Part shown: in pieces, positions 9,204-20,030 of the stretch | Layout of the letters: each line of letters begins with the position of its first letter | Numbering within the stretch: the stretch's first letter is position 1 | DNA from: Acidimicrobiia bacterium | GTDB lineage: Bacteria; Actinomycetota; Acidimicrobiia; Acidimicrobiales; Bin134 | NCBI GenBank assembly: GCA_022821105.1 | Contig: JAJEEH010000019.1 | Coordinates: 1-63,014, forward strand | Reading direction: 5' to 3' | DNA length: 63,014 bases | Program-made: the position numbers and the translations under genes | Notes under the pieces: generated by a model | Database searches by the model: none | What the model saw: the letters and a program-made list of their open reading frames with translations, nothing else | What the model was told of the DNA's origin: nothing

Positions 9204-10030
9204 GCTCTGACGGACTCGACCTGCGGATCGAAGACCTCACCGTGGTGTACGGGGGCGTCACTGCGCTGGACAGCGTGAACATCACCGTGCCCCCCGGCGG
9301 GTTCGTCACCGTCTTGGGGGCCAACGGAGCGGGCAAAACCACCCTGGTCCGGTCGATCACCAGCCTGCTCTATCTCCACAAGGGCCGAGTGCGCCGAGGG
9401 AGCATCACGCTGGGGGGCGAGTCGATTCTGGCCAAGAAGAGCCCCGACATCGTGAAGGCCGGCGTGGCCCAAGTACCCGAGGGCCGCAAGCTGTTCCCCA
9501 ACCTAACGGTGAAGGAGAACCTGCTGTGCGGGGCGGCCAGTCGCTCCGACGTCGACGCCATCGACGATTCCCTGGAACAGAACCTGGAGCTGTTCCCCCA
9601 GCTTCGGCCGCTTTTGAACCAGACCGCTGGCTTGCTTTCGGGCGGCGAGCAGCAGATGGTGGCGGTGGGACGGGCGCTGATGTCGGATCCAGCCCTTTTG
9701 ATTTGCGACGAGCTGTCGCTGGGCCTGGCCCCCAAAATCGTGCATCGCCTGTTCGAGTTGCTCACCGAGATCAACGAGAGGCGGGGCACGTCGATTCTGG
9801 TGATCGAGCAGAACGCCAGCTTGGCACTACAGCACGCCGCCGATGCTTACGTGCTCGAACTGGGCCGGGTGCTGATCGAGGGCACCGCAGATGAGCTCCG
9901 GGGCAATCCCATGGTGCAGGAGCTGTACCTGGGCGGCGGCGGTGAGGCCCACACCTCCTACGCCGCTATCGAGCGGCCCAGTCGCCGACCGGAAGCCCAT
10001 GGCCGACGACCACCGGTATCAGAGTCATGA
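9200..10030 (+). CDS. livF: ABC transporter ATP-binding protein (LivF-type)
   Basis: ATG at 9200 overlaps the livM stop. Walker A GANGAGKTT, signature LSGGEQQMVAVGRAL, Walker B LLICDELSLGLAP. Confidence 0.85.
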   Translation: MSSDGLDLRIEDLTVVYGGVTALDSVNITVPPGGFVTVLGANGAGKTTLVRSITSLLYLHKGRVRRGSITLGGESILAKKSPDIVKAGVAQVPEGRKLFPNLTVKENLLCGAASRSDVDAIDDSLEQNLELFPQLRPLLNQTAGLLSGGEQQMVAVGRALMSDPALLICDELSLGLAPKIVHRLFELLTEINERRGTSILVIEQNASLALQHAADAYVLELGRVLIEGTADELRGNPMVQELYLGGGGEAHTSYAAIERPSRRPEAHGRRPPVSES

Positions 10031-10067
10031 GGAATTCCGCCCCCGGCATCGACCAGGACGCAGGGTC

Positions 10068-10865
10068 ATGAGCGACGAGATTCTGAGCTTCGAAAACCTC
10101 ACCGTGCAGTTCGGTGGCGTGCGGGCCTGCGACGCCATCGACGGCCACGTCAAGCGAGGCTCCCTGTTCGCCCTGATCGGGCCCAACGGAGCGGGCAAGA
10201 CCACCCTGGTCAACGCCATCTCCGGCGTCTACAAACCGCTGCCCGGCGCCCAGGTGCAATTCCATCCCGCGGGCAAGCCAACTGAGGATCTGCTGTCCTA
10301 CCGCCCCTTCCAGATCGCCCGGCTGGGGGTGGCCCGGACGTTCCAGAACCTGGGACTGTTCATGGGCGAGAACGTGCTCACCAACCTGCTCCTCGGCCGC
10401 TACATCCACGAGCACACCCGGCTTATCGAGGGCGGCCTGTTCACCCGAAGGGCAGTAAAGCGGGAACTGGCCGCCCGCCAGGCCATCGAACGAGTGGTGG
10501 ATTTGCTGGACCTGGGAGCGTTCAAACGAGAGCCGGTAGGCGACTTGCCCTACGGCGTGCAGAAGAGGGTCGAGTTCGGCCGAGTGCTGGCCATGGAGCC
10601 TGAGCTCTTGATGCTGGACGAGCCCATGGCCGGCATGAGCGTGGACGAGAAGCAGGACATGATCCGCTACATCTACGCCGCCCAAGACGAGCTTGATATG
10701 ACGGTGTTCCTCATCGAGCACGACATGAGCGTGGTGATGTCGATCGCCGACCATGTGATGGTCTTGGACTTCGGCCAAAAGATCGCAGAGGGTACCCCCG
10801 CGGAGATGCAGCAGGACGAGCGGGTGATCGCCGCCTACCTCGGCACCGAGATGGCCGAGAACTGA
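10068..10865 (+). CDS. livG: ABC transporter ATP-binding protein (LivG-type)
   Basis: ORF 9891.. trimmed to ATG at 10068 (MSDEILSFENLTVQFGGVRA). Walker A GPNGAGKTT, LPYGVQKRVEFGRVL, Walker B LLMLDEPMAGM. Confidence 0.85.
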   Translation: MSDEILSFENLTVQFGGVRACDAIDGHVKRGSLFALIGPNGAGKTTLVNAISGVYKPLPGAQVQFHPAGKPTEDLLSYRPFQIARLGVARTFQNLGLFMGENVLTNLLLGRYIHEHTRLIEGGLFTRRAVKRELAARQAIERVVDLLDLGAFKREPVGDLPYGVQKRVEFGRVLAMEPELLMLDEPMAGMSVDEKQDMIRYIYAAQDELDMTVFLIEHDMSVVMSIADHVMVLDFGQKIAEGTPAEMQQDERVIAAYLGTEMAEN

Positions 10866-11000
10866 GGATTCCGCAGACCTAGACCGCGACGCGCCAATTC
10901 GACTAGTTTGCGGCGCAGGAATACCGACTATTGGATTGCCAACAATCGGAAGACCAACTAGGTACGCCTAGCAAAACATCCAAAATATGAGGGGGAACCC

Positions 11001-12374
11001 ATGACTCGACGCTGGCTGAAGCTTGTTGCAGCCCTGTTCGCGTTCGCACTGATCGCGGCAGCCTGTGGCAACGATGATGACGACGGTGGTGCTGCTCCAG
11101 CGCCTGCGGAAGAGGAAGCACCCGCTCCGGCACCGACCGAAGCTGCTCCGGCGGCCACTGAGGCGCCCGCTCCAGCGGAAGAAGAGCCCATGGAGATGAC
11201 GGTTCCCGACAATCCGGACAACGGTGTGACATCCGACTCGATCAAGGTCGGCTGGATGGGAGACCTGACCGGTCCGACCGCTTCTTCGCAGTCGTTCAAC
11301 AGCCACGGCATCGAGGCCTATTTCGAGTGCGTTAACGAGGATGGCGGCGTCCTGGGACGGATGATCGACTATCTCCCCGAGGACGACCAGTTCAACGCCG
11401 ACAACGCCGCGATCAACTTCACCAAGCTCACCGAAGACGACAAGGTGATCGCCCTGCTCGGCTTGGGCGGCTCGCACATCAGCACCCAGCTCCAGCCCGA
11501 CGTCGAAGCCCTGAACCTGCCGGTGATCGGCCCACCCCAGACCATTGACATCCAGCTTGAGGGCGACCAGTACTTCAACAACCTGGCCCACTACGGCGAC
11601 CAGGCCGACCTGGCCGCCGGACACATTGCCGCCACCGTCGGCGGAATCGAAAACGCCGTGGTCATGGGCATCAGCCTTGAGGTGCCCTCCGGCACCGAGT
11701 TCGCCGCCTACGTAGAGCAGTCCGTACTCAAGGGTGGCGGCACCTACGTCAACACCCTGTACGTGGCACCGGGGGCCACAGAGGTCACCGCTCAGATGGT
11801 GGAACTGCAAGAAGGCATCGATAACCAGGGCGTGAACTACGTGACCCTCCACGGCTCGCCGGGCGCTGGCCTGGTGGTCATGCAGGGCATGGCCGACGTG
11901 GGAATAACCGACATTCCCATCATCGGCATCCACGGCATCGCGGCCAACTCGATCTGGACCGAGGGACCGGAGTCGGTCAGCGACCAGACCTTCGGCATGC
12001 ACTCCTTCATGACCGCCAACAACAACATCGCAGCCTCGGCTGAGATGGAGCGGTGTGCAACGCTGGCCGGCTACGACGGCGAGCACCTGAACCTGAACTT
12101 CTCCCACGGCTTCCTCAACGGGTACGTGTTCCACCAGGCCATTGAGCGGGCTGCGGAGACCGGTGAATTGAGCCGCGAGAGCCTGACCGAGGCTCTGAAG
12201 GGCACATTCGACACCATGGGCATCACCTGCCCGATCGACTGGAGCGCCAGCAACCACAGCCAGTGCGGCGCGGCGTTCTCGCTCGATCCCGCCTCCGGCG
12301 GCATGGTGCCGGCCAATCCGTTCAGCTTCTACGCCGACAGCTTCGACGGCGAGTACGGCATCGAGATCGGCTAG
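11001..12374 (+). CDS. ABC transporter substrate-binding lipoprotein (Leu/Ile/Val-binding-protein type)
   Basis: Signal peptide with lipobox LIAAAC, followed by an acidic Ala/Pro-rich linker. RBS GAGGGGGA lies before the ATG. It sits directly downstream of livHMFG. Confidence 0.8.
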   Translation: MTRRWLKLVAALFAFALIAAACGNDDDDGGAAPAPAEEEAPAPAPTEAAPAATEAPAPAEEEPMEMTVPDNPDNGVTSDSIKVGWMGDLTGPTASSQSFNSHGIEAYFECVNEDGGVLGRMIDYLPEDDQFNADNAAINFTKLTEDDKVIALLGLGGSHISTQLQPDVEALNLPVIGPPQTIDIQLEGDQYFNNLAHYGDQADLAAGHIAATVGGIENAVVMGISLEVPSGTEFAAYVEQSVLKGGGTYVNTLYVAPGATEVTAQMVELQEGIDNQGVNYVTLHGSPGAGLVVMQGMADVGITDIPIIGIHGIAANSIWTEGPESVSDQTFGMHSFMTANNNIAASAEMERCATLAGYDGEHLNLNFSHGFLNGYVFHQAIERAAETGELSRESLTEALKGTFDTMGITCPIDWSASNHSQCGAAFSLDPASGGMVPANPFSFYADSFDGEYGIEIG

Positions 12375-12403
12375 CCGAATCGACTAATCGAAAGGCCCCC
12401 ACG

Positions 12404-13636
12404 TTGTCGGACTCCAGTTCGGTCGCTGAAGAATTCACGGCCTATCTGGCCGACAACGTGGGGGCCGACCCCTATCCGGCCTTCCGCCGGATGCGGGAAG
12501 AGGCCCCGGTGGTGTGGGCTGAACCGCTTCAGGCCTGGGTGCTCACCCGGTGGGACGACATCACCGCCATGCTGGAGGACACCGAGAACTTCGGGGCGCT
12601 GATGAACCGGCCGGGCACGTCCAGCATCTTCGGTCGGGCCATCTTGCAGATGTCGGGCGATGAGCACCGCCGCAAGGACGCCATCTTGGCCAAACGACTG
12701 CGCGGCCCTCGCTACCTCGGTTCCACCATCGAGGAGATCGTGTCCGGGTTGGTCCACGAGTACGGCGACGAACTGCCGGTGGCCCCCGAGGTGGCCGACC
12801 TGCGCACCGGGCTCACCGAGCCGGTTCCGCTGGGGGCCATCGCCGAGCTGATGGACATGGGAGCGGCCAGCAACTTCCGGAACTGGTACAACGACATCGT
12901 CGCGGCAGGGACCTCCAACTTCGCCCAAGACCCAGAAGTCCACTCCCGGGGAGAGGCGGCCCGAGACGAGCTCTACGACTTCGTCACCCCCAGCATCGAG
13001 GAGCGCCGCGGTTGTCCCGGAGACGAGCTGCTGTCCGACTTGTGCTCCATGGAGTACGAGGGCGAGCGGCTGTCCGACGACGAAGTCCGCAGCTTTACCG
13101 CGTTCTTGCTATCGGCGGGTATCGAGACCACCGACCGAGCGCTGGCCAATCTGGTCAAACACCTCATCTTGCAGCCCGAGCAATGGCAGCGCCTGAAGGA
13201 CGATCCTTCGCTCGCCAGCTCGGCCGCTACCGAGATTCTCCGCTTCCGCCCCCCAGTGCAGGCCATTGTGCGTATGACCAAGCAAGACATGGAGGTCAGC
13301 GGCACGGTGATCCCCGCAGAGAACAAGCTCATGGGCTTCATCGCCAGCGCCAACCACGACCCCGACCGGTTCGAGAATCCCGGGGAGTTCGACGTGGGCC
13401 GCTTCGAGGGCGCCGAGCGGCCCAACTACACCCCCATCGGCCCGGTTCGGGCCTTCGGTGCCGGCCCCCACACTTGCACCGGCTCGCTGCTGGCCAAGCT
13501 GGAGATGGAACGCACCTTGGAGTACCTGATCGAGCGGTTCGACCACCTCGAATTTGCCGGCGACGTGCCCCCCGACACCGGCATCGTGCTGCGCTCTCCC
13601 GAGACCCTCGACGTAGTTCTCCACCCCGCCGCCTGA
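12404..13636 (+). CDS. Cytochrome P450
   Basis: Heme-binding motif FGAGPHTCTGSLLA, ExxR region, about 410 aa. ORF 12263.. trimmed to TTG at 12404 (AAAGG 8 nt upstream), so the start is uncertain. Confidence 0.85.
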   Translation: MSDSSSVAEEFTAYLADNVGADPYPAFRRMREEAPVVWAEPLQAWVLTRWDDITAMLEDTENFGALMNRPGTSSIFGRAILQMSGDEHRRKDAILAKRLRGPRYLGSTIEEIVSGLVHEYGDELPVAPEVADLRTGLTEPVPLGAIAELMDMGAASNFRNWYNDIVAAGTSNFAQDPEVHSRGEAARDELYDFVTPSIEERRGCPGDELLSDLCSMEYEGERLSDDEVRSFTAFLLSAGIETTDRALANLVKHLILQPEQWQRLKDDPSLASSAATEILRFRPPVQAIVRMTKQDMEVSGTVIPAENKLMGFIASANHDPDRFENPGEFDVGRFEGAERPNYTPIGPVRAFGAGPHTCTGSLLAKLEMERTLEYLIERFDHLEFAGDVPPDTGIVLRSPETLDVVLHPAA

Positions 13637-13657
13637 ACCGGCCCAAGCCGGGGCGGT

Positions 13658-14656
13658 CTAGGAGACAAACTCAGCGGGCTGGGCCTCAAAGCGCTGTTGG
13701 CAGCCGGGAGCGCAGAAGTAATAGGTGATGCCGCCGTGGATGGAGCGGTAGCGGGCGTCGGTCACCAGCACGGTCATGCCGCACACCGGGTCAACGGCCC
13801 CTTCTGGACGATCTTGGGACGCGGCCTCAGAGTCGGCCGCGAGGTGGCCCTCGGCCCGACGAGCCACCAGGTCGGCCATGATGGCAGCCGCGATCTCCCG
13901 GTTGGGAATGCGACCCAAGTTCAAGCCAGCCGGAGAGCAAATCCGGGCCAGATCGCCGTCACCGAACCCCTGGGTGCGGAGGTAGTCGTTCATGGCCTCG
14001 GCCCGCTTGGCCGATTCCACCAGGCCGATATAGCCGGCATCGGTGCCCAAGGCAGCCGCCAGCGCTACGTCGTCGTAGTGCCCCTGGGTGGCCACCACCA
14101 CTGCGGTGGCCTGGTCCACGGTCAGGCTGCTCAAGTCCAAGCTGGTGCGCACGAGCTCCGGGCGCTCATGGTCGTCGGGCTGCCCGCCGTCGTCGACGAC
14201 CACCGCATCCCAGCCGATGGCGGTAGCCACCGCGGCGATGGCGTCCACCGCCGGAGATCGCCCAATCACCACCACTTGGGGGGCGGGCAGGCTCGGCTCC
14301 AGATAGATCTCCATCGCTCCCTCCGAATCACACGCCATGGCAATCGAGCGCAACCCGTCGCTGTGCTCGTCGCTTTGACCAGTTCCCGCGCTCCGGTGGT
14401 GGTCCCGTCCGTCCGATGGACCCAGACACAGCAGCCGGGGTTCGCCATGGTCCAGGCAGGCCAGCGCCTCCACGATCACGGTGGGCTCAGCGCACGCCCC
14501 GCCCAGCCAACCTCTCACCGAGCCGTCGGGCAGAATCACCGCTTGCGACCCTTGCTGGCCCGATGACGGCGCTCGCCGCCATATCACCGAGGCCATCACG
14601 AACGGCTGGCGCTGCTGGCGCAACTCCACGGCCCGTGCCATGACGTCGACGTTCAC
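13658..14656 (-). CDS. XdhC/CoxF-like molybdoenzyme maturation protein with a C-terminal YHS (TRASH-type metal-binding) domain
   Basis: N-terminal XdhC_CoxI-like region (PFVMASVIWRRAPSSGQQGSQAVILPDGSVRGWLGGACAE), a Rossmann-like middle (VVVIGRSPAVDAIA), and C-terminal DPVCGMTV...YYFCAPGCQQRF. GTG at 14656 has AAGGTG upstream (alternative ATG at 14641). It begins 17 nt after the coxL stop. Confidence 0.75.
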   Translation of the reverse strand: MNVDVMARAVELRQQRQPFVMASVIWRRAPSSGQQGSQAVILPDGSVRGWLGGACAEPTVIVEALACLDHGEPRLLCLGPSDGRDHHRSAGTGQSDEHSDGLRSIAMACDSEGAMEIYLEPSLPAPQVVVIGRSPAVDAIAAVATAIGWDAVVVDDGGQPDDHERPELVRTSLDLSSLTVDQATAVVVATQGHYDDVALAAALGTDAGYIGLVESAKRAEAMNDYLRTQGFGDGDLARICSPAGLNLGRIPNREIAAAIMADLVARRAEGHLAADSEAASQDRPEGAVDPVCGMTVLVTDARYRSIHGGITYYFCAPGCQQRFEAQPAEFVS

Positions 14657-14673
14657 AACACGAGCACCTTTGG

Positions 14674-17025
<2,352 letters not shown>

Positions 17026-17034
17026 GATCGCTCC

Positions 17035-17514
17035 TCAGCTTCCGTTGGACGATTCGGCCACCCGAGCGGCCGCCGTCTGAATGGCCTTGACAATGTTGAT
17101 GTAGCCGGTACACCGGCACAGGTTGCCCGAGATGGCCCAGCGCACCTCGTCATCGGACGGATCAGGGTTCTCGGCAATGAGCGAAGCCCCCACCAGCATC
17201 ATGCCGGGGGTGCAGAACCCGCACTGGAGGCCATGGTCATCGGTGAACGCCGACTGGATGGGATGCAGGCCGTCGGCTCCCTTGAGGCCCTCCACGGTGG
17301 TGACCTCCGACCCGTCGGCCTGCGCAGCCAATACTGTGCAGGCCTTGACCGGCGTGCCGTCCATCAGCACGGTGCAGGCCCCGCAGCTGGTGGTGTCACA
17401 GCCCACGTGGGTGCCGGTGAGCCCGACCGTGCGGCGGATGTGGTCCACCAGCAGGGTGCGGGGCTCCACGTCGCTGGCGTGCTCGGAACCATTGATGGTG
17501 ATGTTGACTTCCAT
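17035..17514 (-). CDS. coxS: CO dehydrogenase small (2Fe-2S) subunit
   Basis: ORF trimmed to ATG at 17514 (MEVNITINGSEH...). Motifs [20 protein letters not shown] and CRCTGY. Confidence 0.85.
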   Translation of the reverse strand: MEVNITINGSEHASDVEPRTLLVDHIRRTVGLTGTHVGCDTTSCGACTVLMDGTPVKACTVLAAQADGSEVTTVEGLKGADGLHPIQSAFTDDHGLQCGFCTPGMMLVGASLIAENPDPSDDEVRWAISGNLCRCTGYINIVKAIQTAAARVAESSNGS

Positions 17515-17515
17515 G

Positions 17516-18379
17516 TCAGCTCCCCTCGGCCTGCTGAGCGGCGGCGGCCAGCCCCCGCTTGGTGTAAGTGCGGACCACCTGGCGCTTCCAGGCGGCAGTG
17601 CCCCGGACGTCGTCGCGGGGCTCAGCGGCCGCCGCGGCCAACTCGGCAGCCTCGGCAAACAGCTCCTCGGAGGGCTGCTGGCCCACTAGTAGAGCCTCGG
17701 CATCGGCCACCTTGGTGTTGATGGGATTGACCGAGGTGAGGGCCAGTCCGGCGGCGGCGATGGCCCCGGAGTCATCCAGTTCCAGATGGGAGGCCACTGC
17801 CACCGTGGCATAGTCGCCGATCTTGCGCTCCAGCTTGAGGTAAGCCCCACCGGAGCGGCCCGATGGGACGGGGATGCGAAGCCCAACCACCAGCTCGTCT
17901 TCGCCCAGCGTGGAGGTGAACGCCCCATCCACGAAGTCGGCAATGGAGATCGACCGCTCGCCGCTGGGCCCTTGGGCGATCACTTCAGCCCCGGTAGCCA
18001 ACAGCACCGAGTTCCAGTCGCCCTCCGGGTCGCAGTGAGCCACCGACCCGCACATCGTCCCTCGGTTCCTCACCAGAGGATCGGCCACCCACGGTGCAGC
18101 AGCGGCAACAGCTCCAAACGTGGCATCCGAAGCCACCACATCGGCATGGCGCACCAGCGCCCCCACCTGGAGGTGCCCGTTGGACCGCTCAATGGCATCC
18201 AGCCCAGCAATGCGGTTGATGTCAATCAGCGTCTCGGGAAACGCCACCCGCATCTTCATCATGGGGATGAGACTCTGGCCCCCGGCAAGGAACCGACCCC
18301 CCTCCCCCGCGTCCACCTTGGCCTCCACCGCCTCCGCGACGGTCTGGGCCACGACAAGGTCGAACCGAGACGGGAACAT
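17516..18379 (-). CDS. coxM: CO dehydrogenase medium (FAD-binding) subunit
   Basis: 287 aa FAD_binding_5-type sequence (FLAGGQSLIPMMKMR). Strong RBS GGGGAGGAGGG. It is contiguous with coxS. Confidence 0.8.
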   Translation of the reverse strand: MFPSRFDLVVAQTVAEAVEAKVDAGEGGRFLAGGQSLIPMMKMRVAFPETLIDINRIAGLDAIERSNGHLQVGALVRHADVVASDATFGAVAAAAPWVADPLVRNRGTMCGSVAHCDPEGDWNSVLLATGAEVIAQGPSGERSISIADFVDGAFTSTLGEDELVVGLRIPVPSGRSGGAYLKLERKIGDYATVAVASHLELDDSGAIAAAGLALTSVNPINTKVADAEALLVGQQPSEELFAEAAELAAAAAEPRDDVRGTAAWKRQVVRTYTKRGLAAAAQQAEGS

Positions 18380-18469
18380 AGGCCCTCCTCCCCTGGGCTT
18401 CAGTTGTCCCCGCCACCCTACCCCTCAGCCCAAATCCCCGCAGAGGAAGTGAGGGTGTTCATCTCCGGT

Positions 18470-18844
18470 TCACCCCAAGCGGCGGTCCAGCCGATCGCGA
18501 AACGCCCGGGCTCCTACTACTACGGCACCGTGCCGGCGGACTCGCCGCGCCAAGTCGCGGTCGGAGGTGACCACCGTGGCCGCCGACGGATCATCCATAG
18601 CAGCCACCTCATCGGCTATGCGGTCATCGGCCGCGTTGGGACCGCGGCGCGAGGCATAGGCCAGTTCGACTGGGCCGTGATGCCCGGAAGGCAAGCTGGG
18701 CACTGGTCGGCCATCGGCCACCACCAGCGCCGGCACACCGGCATCGGCAATGTCTTCAACCAGTCGGACCAGCGCGCCATCCCGATCAGCCCACCACCCA
18801 TCAGGCCGACACCCAATAACGTTCATAGCATCAACCACCAACAC
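18470..18844 (-). CDS. NYN/YacP-like (PIN-related) domain protein
   Basis: 124 aa. LVVDAMNVIGCRPDGWW...VVTSDRDLARRV matches the YacP-like NYN pattern as I recall it. GTG start. Confidence 0.55.
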   Translation of the reverse strand: MLVVDAMNVIGCRPDGWWADRDGALVRLVEDIADAGVPALVVADGRPVPSLPSGHHGPVELAYASRRGPNAADDRIADEVAAMDDPSAATVVTSDRDLARRVRRHGAVVVGARAFRDRLDRRLG

Positions 18845-18908
18845 TGCTATTCACCCCCAAGCAGCATGGCTGAGTCCACAGATGTCTCGACGGTAGGCGG
18901 GGTGGGGG

Positions 18909-18970
18909 GTGGCGCCGCAGGCGGACCTGGCCGCTCCGACGGCCAGGCCGCCGTAGGTGACAGGACCCGC
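18909..18970. repeat. 62-nt GC-rich hairpin repeat, copy 1 (REP-like or terminator-like)
   Basis: 60/62 nt identical to the reverse complement of 40100..40161. It contains the hairpin GGCGG-A-CCTGGCCG[CTCCGA]CGGCCAGG-CCGCC at 18920..18952. It is intergenic, just downstream of the DyP gene. Confidence 0.6.
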
Positions 18971-18993
18971 CTCCCCGCCGGTTGAAGCAACCG

Positions 18994-19914
18994 CTAAGCC
19001 AGGCTGGCGTCGAGGCACTCCACAGAAGGAGCGAAGTAGTAACTACCCGAAGCCGGGTTCGAAAAATCAGTAAGCATGTCGCGCACCTGGCCGTTGCGGC
19101 CATACATCGCATCCATGCGCTCCCGGAACGGGGCCTGGGTCTTGCAGAAGGCCATGAAGTACAGCCCCACGGTGCCATCGTGGAAGGCATACGGGGTGGA
19201 CCGACGAGCGATCTCATCCCGCTTGGGCTTGGAGTCATCTGCGGTATCGCCGTCGCGCAGCTCCACGTGGGAGAGGTGCGAATGCGGGGCCTGCTCGTCC
19301 AAACGGGTGGAGTCGGCCTTGGTCCGACCGAAGTTCACCTCCTGGGTGGGCACATCAAGCTGCTCCCAGGCCACCAGGTCGTGGACCCAGCGCTGGGCGA
19401 TGATGAAGCTGCCGCCCGCACCGGCCTCGCCGTCGGGGATGATGGCCACGGCGGGCTGATCCTCATCCTCCGGGTTGCCGGTGCCGTCGATGAAACCGGT
19501 CATGTCCAGGCTCTCGCCGTAGATGAAGGTGGGGGTCTCCCGGGCCACGCTCATCCCGCCGGCGATCAGGGCCATGCGGGCGTCCCATTGGGCTTTCCAC
19601 ACCAAGTCCTTCTCGTCGTGGGTCATCCACAGCAGCAGCTCCTCTTGGGTGCCCTTGGCCTCGCGGCCACTGCCGTCGATGGACTCCACCGTGTGATACG
19701 GCTGGAAGTCGCCGGGAACGTCGTCGGTAAGGTCGGCCAACAGAGTGGGGCCGAGCCCGATGACGAGGTTGATCCCCTGGGCGTCGCAGTTGCTGCGGCA
19801 ATCGGAAATAGCCGACTTGATAGCCCCCAAATCGGCGCCGTCACCGCGACTGAGGTGGACATACCATTGGTATTTGCCCATTTCGTTGAAAATTGCCGGC
19901 TGGCAGGTCGCCAT
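18994..19914 (-). CDS. Dye-decolorizing (DyP-type) peroxidase
   Basis: 306 aa. GFIDGTGNPE (the DyP GxxDG motif) and an N-terminal QPAIF-type start. Confidence 0.8.
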   Translation of the reverse strand: MATCQPAIFNEMGKYQWYVHLSRGDGADLGAIKSAISDCRSNCDAQGINLVIGLGPTLLADLTDDVPGDFQPYHTVESIDGSGREAKGTQEELLLWMTHDEKDLVWKAQWDARMALIAGGMSVARETPTFIYGESLDMTGFIDGTGNPEDEDQPAVAIIPDGEAGAGGSFIIAQRWVHDLVAWEQLDVPTQEVNFGRTKADSTRLDEQAPHSHLSHVELRDGDTADDSKPKRDEIARRSTPYAFHDGTVGLYFMAFCKTQAPFRERMDAMYGRNGQVRDMLTDFSNPASGSYYFAPSVECLDASLA

Positions 19915-19954
19915 TGCGCATCTCCTCCCTGAAAACGTTGGCTGCTAACGAAGT

Positions 19955-19970
19955 CTGGCACTATTGCCAG
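19955..19970. promoter_or_regulatory. Perfect palindrome CTGGCA-N4-TGCCAG in the divergent DyP / enoyl-CoA hydratase intergenic region (possible operator)
   Basis: Seen directly in the sequence. The 116-bp divergent promoter region has no regulator gene adjacent. Confidence 0.2.
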
Positions 19971-20030
19971 GCAGATTCACCTTGAAGCGCAAAATTCCAG
20001 AACCCATGCTGACAACCGCAGGAGGAGCCC

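Noticed and set aside
10866-11000. The lower-GC 135-bp region upstream of the binding-protein gene, considered as a riboswitch or promoter (TTGCCA-17 nt-TAGGTA)
   Set aside because: I could not draw any conserved riboswitch fold. The -10 candidate lacks the invariant final T. It is too weak to report as a feature.
10968-12257. A very long antisense ORF (429 aa) opposite the substrate-binding protein gene. Similar ones are listed under why_rejected.
   Set aside because: These are typical high-GC shadow ORFs. Their translations are Arg/Gly/His/Pro-rich and low in complexity, with no recognisable motifs. In every case the opposite strand encodes a protein with clear family signatures.

Other examples:
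- 634..1524(-)
- 15304..16362(+)
- 16438..17721(+)
- 26334..27059(-)
- 33273..34256(+)
- 44088..44822(-)
- 45730..46647(+)
- 47077..48096(+)
- 50478..51623(-)
- 52596..53648(-)
- 55247..56398(-)
- 60179..61015(-)
18994-19914. The DyP peroxidase as possible encapsulin cargo
   Set aside because: There is no C-terminal targeting-peptide-like tail (the protein ends ...PSVECLDASLA). No encapsulin shell gene is adjacent, and the downstream gene is a NYN-domain protein.
19956-19968. TGGCAC...TTGC, which looks like a sigma-54 (-24/-12) promoter
   Set aside because: The GG-to-GC spacing is 7 nt instead of the required 10. Actinomycetota generally lack RpoN. The sequence is better described as a simple palindrome.
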